A DNA stretch of 64,000 nt from Oceanispirochaeta sp. (lineage in GTDB: Bacteria > Spirochaetota > Spirochaetia > DSM-2461). The notes under the pieces were generated by a model. The model made no database searches. It was not told the origin of the DNA and worked only from the letters and a program-made list of their open reading frames with translations. This document shows, piece by piece, positions 57,475 to 64,000 of the stretch (the stretch's first letter is position 1; every line of letters begins with the position of its first letter). Location: contig CAXXOA010000003.1 of the NCBI GenBank assembly GCA_963666275.2, positions 224,001 through 288,000 on the forward strand, given 5' to 3'. A program made the translations under genes and the position numbers.

Positions 57475-58926
57475 TCAGGACTTAATCATCCCGTTGAACT
57501 CTTCAATCAGAGCATCAATTTTGTCCATTTCTGCAAAGGTACCGTCCCAGTAGTTTCTGTCGTACCACTGATCGTTCAGCTCCTGCAGATCCTTGCCCTG
57601 CTGTTCAATCCAGGTAAAGTACTTCAGATTGTGAATGGCCTTCTTATCCACATAGGTCAGTTCCTTGAAGTTGTCGTAGCTTTCGGACTGCAGAGCTTCC
57701 CAGTCCCTCACCGCCTGTTTGTACGAGTAGGGGGCCTGGGCGTTCATCTCTTCCAGACGGGAGCGGTACATATCGCAGGAATCGGTTCCCATGGTGACAA
57801 GCACATCCTCCGAGGTCAGTTCCGCGTACTTGGCGTACTTGATGGCCGAGAGCACATTGGCTATGCCGCTGATTCCCAGGAGGTCCAGCTGGCCGATCAG
57901 TTCTTCCGATACACCCTCTTCCTTCAGAAGGGCCTGTCCGTCTTTCTCGTTGAACAGCTGGAGAAGTCTCAGGGGCACGTTGTCGTCGATAGCTGCCAGA
58001 TAGTCGGTCTCTTTACAGTTATGGATCCAGGGAACGTGCTTGTCCCCGATTCCCTCGATTCTGTGACCGCCGAAGCCGTTGTTCATCAGAGTGGGGCACT
58101 GGAGGGCCTCGGAAACCACAAGTTTGGAACCGGGGAAGGCTTTTTTCAGATAGTATCCCGCTCCCAGGGTTCCGCCGGAGCCGGAGGAGGAGATAAATCC
58201 CGCCAGGCTTTTTCCCTCTTTCACATAGGACTGAAGGATCTCCTCCACAGCCCGTCCTGTCACATTGTAGTGCCAGGTGGGGTTGCCCAGCTCGTCGAAC
58301 TGGTTGAAGATCCGCAGATCCTCACCGGAGGAGCGCAGCTCGGCGCACTTGTCAAAGATCTCTTTGACATTGGATTCGCATCCCGGGGTGGCAATGATCT
58401 CTCCGGCTACTTTTTTGAGCCAGTCAAAGCGCTCTTTGGACATCTCTTCGGGCAGGATGGCGATGGATTTACAGGCCATAAGAACAGAAATATAGGCCCC
58501 GCCCCGGCAGTAGTTTCCTGTAGAGGGCCAGACAGCCTTGGTTTTCTGGGGGTCGAACTGACCGGTCACCAGGGGGGGGACCAGACAGCCGAAGGTGGCG
58601 CCCACCTTATGGGCCCCCGTGGGGAACCATTTACCGGTCATCACAATAATGGGGGAGGCCACTCCTGTCAGTTCGGGAGGAAGCACAATATGGTTGGGAG
58701 CGCCGAAAAGGCCGCCGCTTGTTTTGGGTTCGTTCTTCCAGCTGATCCTGTAAAGGTTTACCGGGTCGGTATCCCAGAGACCTGTGGTTTTCAGTTTGTC
58801 CCTGATCTCATCGGGAATCTTTTCGGGATGAATCATCATATCGAAGGTAGGGAGGGTAATACCCTTTTCCCTGAAATAGCGGGCTGTCTTCTCTCTGACA
58901 TCCCCGTTCAATTGCAGATCTAACAT
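57475..58926 (-). CDS. PLP-dependent fold-type II enzyme (cysteine synthase-like)
   Basis: TGAHKVG, STGNY, SGSGGT, HRIEGIG. Confidence 0.85.
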   Translation of the reverse strand: MLDLQLNGDVREKTARYFREKGITLPTFDMMIHPEKIPDEIRDKLKTTGLWDTDPVNLYRISWKNEPKTSGGLFGAPNHIVLPPELTGVASPIIVMTGKWFPTGAHKVGATFGCLVPPLVTGQFDPQKTKAVWPSTGNYCRGGAYISVLMACKSIAILPEEMSKERFDWLKKVAGEIIATPGCESNVKEIFDKCAELRSSGEDLRIFNQFDELGNPTWHYNVTGRAVEEILQSYVKEGKSLAGFISSSGSGGTLGAGYYLKKAFPGSKLVVSEALQCPTLMNNGFGGHRIEGIGDKHVPWIHNCKETDYLAAIDDNVPLRLLQLFNEKDGQALLKEEGVSEELIGQLDLLGISGIANVLSAIKYAKYAELTSEDVLVTMGTDSCDMYRSRLEEMNAQAPYSYKQAVRDWEALQSESYDNFKELTYVDKKAIHNLKYFTWIEQQGKDLQELNDQWYDRNYWDGTFAEMDKIDALIEEFNGMIKS

Positions 58927-59285
58927 TGTATCTCCTGTGAAAGCGCTTTCAGATGGCTTTTAAAATTTATCCGTATTTCCCTCTAGATTACGGAGAACCC
59001 GGAGACTGGTCAATATTATCCTGAAAATCTTCTCAAAAGGGGAGGGAAAACTTATGATATCCTCCAAAAGATACAAAAATGTTATAAAATTGGAAAATGT
59101 CCTGTTTTTCAGAATAAAATATTCCCTTTCCTTCCGGGATCCGCGGCCCGGTCTTGCAGAAAATCCGGAAATCCGGAATGATGGAATTAGTTTTTGAAAG
59201 CGGTTTCAGGAGAGTTCGCCGGGAACCGCCGTCAGGGGCGGAAGACCCGGCGGATAAATATAACAACAGTGAGAGAGCAAAAATT

Positions 59286-60383
59286 ATGAATATACAGTTT
59301 CTGGGGCAGACCCTTCAGTCTCCTTTTATCATAGGTTCAGGTCCCCTGTCCTACGGCGCCGAGGGAATGATTGCCCTGCATAAGGCCGGAGCCGGTGCGG
59401 TGGTGACAAAAACCATCCGGGATGAAAAAGCAGTCAATCCGGAGCCCCACATTGCCGCCATCGGCAACAGAACCATGGTGAATTCGGAAAAGTGGTCCGA
59501 CTATTCGGGAGAACGCTGGATCGAAGAGGAACTGCCTGCCGCCCTGAAAGCGGGGGTGACTGTCATTGCCAGTGTGGGACATACAATGACAGAGGTGAAA
59601 AACTGGGTTCCCCGGATTCACGAAGTGGGAGTCCCTTTTTTTGAACTGGTGTCCTATATGGAAGAGGATATGCTTCCCATGATCAAAGAAGCTCTTAAGC
59701 TGACGGATAAACCGGTCCTGGCCAAGGTCAGTCCCAACTGGAACGACCCTGTGGGAGCCGCCCTGGCCTGTCTGGAAGCGGGAGCCGCCGGGATCACAGC
59801 CATAGACTCTCTGGGGCCTGTCCTTTCCATCGATATTCAGACCGGCCGGCCCTCTCTGGGCGGTCAGGGCGGTATGGGTTGGATGACAGGAAGCGGACTG
59901 AAGCCCCTGGCTCTGCGCTATGTGGCCGAGATTGCCGCCCGGACAGACAAGCCCGTCCTGGGGCTGGGCGGTGTTATGAGTCCTGAAGACGCGGTGGAAA
60001 TGGTCATGGCCGGGGCCTCCGCTGTGGGTGTGTGCACTTTTCCCATCCTTCAGGGAATGCAGGGCCTGGAAAAACTGATAGGGAAGTTTGATACGCTCCT
60101 CTCCGACCTGGGTTATGCCTCTCTGGAAGAGGCCCGGGGCGTCGTTCTGCCCCATCTGCCCGAAAGGGAAATCCTCGAGGAGCAGGGCCTTGTGATGAAG
60201 ACCGACCGCTGCCGGCTCTGCGGGATCTGTCTGACCCGCTGCCCCTATCAGGCTCTGTCCAAAGAAGAGGGGGCTCTCAAATTGAATACTCAGCGCTGCC
60301 GCCGCTGCGGTCTGTGCGTTTCTTCCTGTCCCGACAGGAATCTGTCTCTGCAGAAAATCTCTCTATTACAGGAGGCCTTGTGA
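59286..60383 (+). CDS. Dihydroorotate/dihydropyrimidine dehydrogenase-like flavoprotein with 2x4Fe-4S
   Basis: GAGAVVTKT, PVLAKVSPN, GLGGV, AGASAVGV; two CxxCxxCxxxCP. Confidence 0.85.
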   Translation: MNIQFLGQTLQSPFIIGSGPLSYGAEGMIALHKAGAGAVVTKTIRDEKAVNPEPHIAAIGNRTMVNSEKWSDYSGERWIEEELPAALKAGVTVIASVGHTMTEVKNWVPRIHEVGVPFFELVSYMEEDMLPMIKEALKLTDKPVLAKVSPNWNDPVGAALACLEAGAAGITAIDSLGPVLSIDIQTGRPSLGGQGGMGWMTGSGLKPLALRYVAEIAARTDKPVLGLGGVMSPEDAVEMVMAGASAVGVCTFPILQGMQGLEKLIGKFDTLLSDLGYASLEEARGVVLPHLPEREILEEQGLVMKTDRCRLCGICLTRCPYQALSKEEGALKLNTQRCRRCGLCVSSCPDRNLSLQKISLLQEAL

Positions 60384-62725
60384 AAGAGTTTAACGTGATC
60401 CATCACTCCCATCTTCGTCTGGAAGGGGAGGAGAAGGCGGCGGGACTGACCCGCTATGCCGAGGATATCCGGCTGTTTAATGAAGCGGCGGGAGCCACTC
60501 TCTATGCCCGGTATCCCAGAGCCCGGATTCTGGAGATACATACGGAAAAAGCCGAAGCCCTTCCGGGTGTGCTGAAGGTGATTACCGCAAAGGACATCCC
60601 CGGTTCCAACTGCCTGTTCGGACGGTTTCCCGTTCTGGCGGCAGAGGAAGTCAAATACATCGGCGATGCTGTGGCCTGTGTGGCCGCCTGCGACAGAGAG
60701 ACTGCCGAAAAAGCGGTCAGTCTGATAGAGGTGGAGTACAGGGAGATCCCCGGGATCTTCTCTCTGGAGGATGCCCGGAATCCGGATCTGGCTCCAGTGC
60801 ACGAGGACAGACCCGACAATACCATGGAAAATACTTTTTATCCCCTCTATGCGGGGGATATTGAAAAGGGTCTGGCTCAGGCGGACCTGAGGGTCAGCGA
60901 AGAGTACGACACGCCCTTTTCCATAAACGGATACATCGAGCCCGACAGCATTGTGGCCGACAGGGATCCCCTGACAGGGGGCGTGGTTATCTACGGCTGT
61001 ATTCAGAATGTCTTCTCCATCCGGGGATCGGTCTGCGGGGCCCTGAACCTTCCCGCTTCCCGGGTCCGGGTGATTCAGTCTGCCATCGGAGGCAGTTTCG
61101 GAGGAAAGAACGAAACCTCTGTGACTCTTGCCTGCCGGGCGGCCCTTCTTTCCGTCCTGACAGGCCGGGCCGTCAGGCTGCGGTTCAGCCGGAGGGATGT
61201 CTTTGTTTCCGGAGTGAAGCGTCATCCCTATCATCTGGCTATTGAAGCCGGCGTCAGCTCCGACGGGGAGATCTGCGGATGGCGGAACAGGGTCTCTGTG
61301 ATCGGAGGGCCCTATAACAACCAGGCCATGTTTGCCAACTGGCGGGCGTCGGTCCACTCTGCGGGACCCTACAGAACGCCCCATGTGAAAACGGATATTC
61401 AGGCCTACTATACCAATACCCCCTATGCCGGAGCCTACCGGGGCTTCAGCGCTCCCCAGATGTGTTTTGCCGTGGAGAGCATGATCGATGAGCTGGCCCA
61501 TAAAGCGGGAATGGACCCCGCCGAGTTCCGCAGGAAAAACTTTGTCCGTCCCGGAGATGCCCTGACCTGCGGTCAGGAAGTGGATCCCGGGGTCATGGTT
61601 CTGCCTCTGGAAGAGATGCTGGACCATGTGCTGGAGAGGGGCGAATATCAGGCGAAAAAGGCCGAATTCAATCAGTTCAACCGGGAGAACCGGCGGTACC
61701 GGAAAGGCCTCGGCCTGGCGGCGACCTTCCGGGGCTGCGGTCTGGGCGGCGAAGGGTTTGACGTGGCCGGCGCCAGGATCATCATAGAGAAAGACGGATC
61801 CATCCTGGTCCATTCGGATATGGTCGATATGGGGCAGGGACTGCGGACCTCCCATGCCCAGGTGGCGGCGGAAGCTCTGGGGGTCTCTCTGGAAAGGGTC
61901 CACATGGCCGAAACCGATACCTCCTCCACCCCCGACGGCGGGCCCACTGTGGCGTCCCGGGGGCTCTCGGCGGGAGGAATGGCTGTCAAAGTCTGCGCGG
62001 AAAAGCTCCGGGCCAGGATGATCTCCTCTCTGGCTGAAATCTGGAAGGTCTCTTCCCAATCCATTGAAATGAGCCTGGATAGAGTGACAGTCTCCGGGGG
62101 AGAACAGGATCTCTCATTTGAAGAGGCGGCTTTTCTTATTATCAACGACAACGGTATAGGGCTCCAGGCCGAAGGCTGGTTCAATCCGGGGATCTCCGAA
62201 ATTGATCCGGCGACCGGTCAGGGAACCTGCTATCCCACCTATCTTTCCGCAGTGACCCTGACGGAGGTTCTGGTGGACCTTTACACAGGGCAGATCCGGG
62301 TTCCCCGGGTCACCATGGCCTACGAGGTGGGCCGGGCTGTGAACCCGGATATCGTGAGGGGCCAGATTGTGGGCGGATATACCCAGGGGCTGGGATACGC
62401 TTTGAGCGAGAATTTCATTACCAGTGAGGGCTATGTGAAAACCACAAGTTTCGGCTCCTATCTTATGCCGGGAATAGCGGACGCCCCGGAGTTTGATCTT
62501 GAAATATTCGAACAGGACTTTCATACAGGCCCCTACGGAGCCAAAGGGGTGGGAGAAGTCGGTGTGGAGCTGGCCGCTCCCGGTGTGGCCAACGCTGTCT
62601 TTCATGCTACAGGCTGCCGGGTGCGTTCCCTGCCTCTGAATATGGAAAAAATGGCCCCTCTGTTCCTGCAGAGGGAAGAGATACATCCCGGCGGGAGTGA
62701 AGGGGAAAATCATGGAGTATCATAA
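60380..62725 (+). CDS. Xanthine dehydrogenase-family molybdopterin-binding subunit
   Basis: GGSFGGK, AYRGF, MGQG, TVASR, GPYGAKGVGE; GTG start after GGAGG. Confidence 0.93.
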   Translation: MKEFNVIHHSHLRLEGEEKAAGLTRYAEDIRLFNEAAGATLYARYPRARILEIHTEKAEALPGVLKVITAKDIPGSNCLFGRFPVLAAEEVKYIGDAVACVAACDRETAEKAVSLIEVEYREIPGIFSLEDARNPDLAPVHEDRPDNTMENTFYPLYAGDIEKGLAQADLRVSEEYDTPFSINGYIEPDSIVADRDPLTGGVVIYGCIQNVFSIRGSVCGALNLPASRVRVIQSAIGGSFGGKNETSVTLACRAALLSVLTGRAVRLRFSRRDVFVSGVKRHPYHLAIEAGVSSDGEICGWRNRVSVIGGPYNNQAMFANWRASVHSAGPYRTPHVKTDIQAYYTNTPYAGAYRGFSAPQMCFAVESMIDELAHKAGMDPAEFRRKNFVRPGDALTCGQEVDPGVMVLPLEEMLDHVLERGEYQAKKAEFNQFNRENRRYRKGLGLAATFRGCGLGGEGFDVAGARIIIEKDGSILVHSDMVDMGQGLRTSHAQVAAEALGVSLERVHMAETDTSSTPDGGPTVASRGLSAGGMAVKVCAEKLRARMISSLAEIWKVSSQSIEMSLDRVTVSGGEQDLSFEEAAFLIINDNGIGLQAEGWFNPGISEIDPATGQGTCYPTYLSAVTLTEVLVDLYTGQIRVPRVTMAYEVGRAVNPDIVRGQIVGGYTQGLGYALSENFITSEGYVKTTSFGSYLMPGIADAPEFDLEIFEQDFHTGPYGAKGVGEVGVELAAPGVANAVFHATGCRVRSLPLNMEKMAPLFLQREEIHPGGSEGENHGVS

Positions 62726-63542
62726 ACTGGCATCTCTCGAAGAGATCAGGCCTCTGACGGCGGACAGAAAAGTTGTCCGCTTTCTGGCAGGCGGTACAGA
62801 CCTGATGTACAGGGTCAAAAAGAACTTTCTGAAAACCGACCAGCTCACACTGCTGGATCTTTCGGGCCTTGAAGGCCTGGCTGGGGTGGAGATACAGGAC
62901 GGCGAGATTGTCATCGGCGGCATGACCACCCTGAACGACCTCATACAGGCTCTGGAGGAGGGTGATCATCTGCCTCTCCTGTCAGAAGCCCTCAGATCCG
63001 CCGCGTCTCCCCTGATCAGAAACAGGGCGACCCTGGGCGGTCATATCGGAGGTTCCTATCCCAATTCCCATATCCTGCCGGCCCTCCTGGCCCTGGGCTG
63101 CCGGGTGGAACTCAGAGAGGCGGGGGGGCAGATCACTGTCTCTCCTCTGGAGGATCTGCAGGGCCGTGCCTATCATAACAGGCTGGAGAAGGGGACGCTG
63201 ATCCTCTCTCTCAGAATCCCCTGTGAACAGCCCGTGAGGACCCTCTACTGGGGCTACGGGCCCCGGAAGGATTTTGCCTTTGCTCCAATGGTGCTGGCAC
63301 TGGCCGAAGGGGCAGACGGAAGCTTCAGGATAGCCGGAGGCGGCAGGGAGTGGGTTCCCCGGCGGTTTCCCCTTTTGGAAAAGGCCCTTGCCGATTCCGC
63401 CGTTCCTGACAGGACGGCTCTGAAGGGGCTGATCGAGGAGGAGAGGGCCGCCCTCTTCCAGGGACAGGGGGACTTTTCGGAGTATGAGAAAACCCTGCTG
63501 TTCCGCTTTCTCAGCGATGCGCTCACCCGGGAGGACATATGA
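62712..63542 (+). CDS. Xanthine dehydrogenase-family FAD-binding subunit
   Basis: LAGGTDL, IRNRATLGG. Confidence 0.9.
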   Translation: MEYHKLASLEEIRPLTADRKVVRFLAGGTDLMYRVKKNFLKTDQLTLLDLSGLEGLAGVEIQDGEIVIGGMTTLNDLIQALEEGDHLPLLSEALRSAASPLIRNRATLGGHIGGSYPNSHILPALLALGCRVELREAGGQITVSPLEDLQGRAYHNRLEKGTLILSLRIPCEQPVRTLYWGYGPRKDFAFAPMVLALAEGADGSFRIAGGGREWVPRRFPLLEKALADSAVPDRTALKGLIEEERAALFQGQGDFSEYEKTLLFRFLSDALTREDI

Positions 63543-64000
63543 ATATTACTCTGAATGTGAATGGACAGGACTATCCGGTGGTAATCTCTCCCGAAGAGAG
63601 CCTGCTGACTGTTTTACGAGACCGTCTGAATCTGATCGGCACGAAAGAGGGCTGCGGCACCGGAGAGTGCGGATCCTGTACGGTCCTGGCGGATGACAGA
63701 CCCCTCAAATCCTGTCTCACCTGGGCGGTTCAGATGGAAGGGAGGAAAATCCTGACCATCGAGGGAATGACCCGGTCCGGTCACCCTCTTCATCCCGTAC
63801 AGAAGGCCTATGTCGAAGCGGGAGCCGTTCAGTGCGGATTCTGTACCCCCGGTTTTGTTCTGGCCACCTACGGACTGCTCAAAAAGTATCCCGACCCGAC
63901 GGATAATCAGATAAAAGAAGAACTGGCGGGGAATATTTGCCGATGTACTGGGTATGAAACCATTCTTGCAGCTGTGAAACTGGCTGCGGCAAATATGAAG
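63539..64000 (+). CDS. Xanthine dehydrogenase-family 2Fe-2S subunit (runs off window)
   Basis: Manual translation: GTKEGCGTGECGSCTV, AVQCGFCTPG, GNICRCTGY; no stop before 64000. Confidence 0.92.
   Translation, partial: MNITLNVNGQDYPVVISPEESLLTVLRDRLNLIGTKEGCGTGECGSCTVLADDRPLKSCLTWAVQMEGRKILTIEGMTRSGHPLHPVQKAYVEAGAVQCGFCTPGFVLATYGLLKKYPDPTDNQIKEELAGNICRCTGYETILAAVKLAAANMK

Noticed and set aside
57472..62059. Long antisense ORFs (57472-58923 +, 60290-62059 -; also 15327-16280 +)
   Set aside because: Shadows of well-supported genes on the opposite strand; no motifs

Overview
Bacterial chromosomal window, GC-rich backbone with AT-rich accessory patches; the gene style is tentatively spirochaete-like, but the taxon cannot be proven from this sequence. 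Ordinary content: TolC/MFP/RND efflux operon, rnd, menA, a sugar-sensing two-component system with an ABC transporter, a MalT-like regulator with redox genes, IclR plus sialidase-like plus TctABC, and a xanthine-dehydrogenase-type cluster. Three things stand out. (1) 45.6-55.8 kb is an integrase-less integron cassette array (CALIN) on the minus strand. It has four attC sites, two of them split at the same base by near-identical group II introns. Its cassettes carry a proteasome/Ntn-hydrolase-like plus SEC-C gene pair and a PIN-like membrane protein, all candidate defence genes. (2) Immediately downstream of the array are three integrase-free insertions (1.4, 10.3 and 5.7 kb), each bounded by a direct duplication of the 3' end of a minus-strand gene. 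(3) A four-copy operator with a -10-like hexamer at fixed spacing defines the probable regulon of the MalT-like regulator. No rRNA, tRNA or CRISPR array was recognised.
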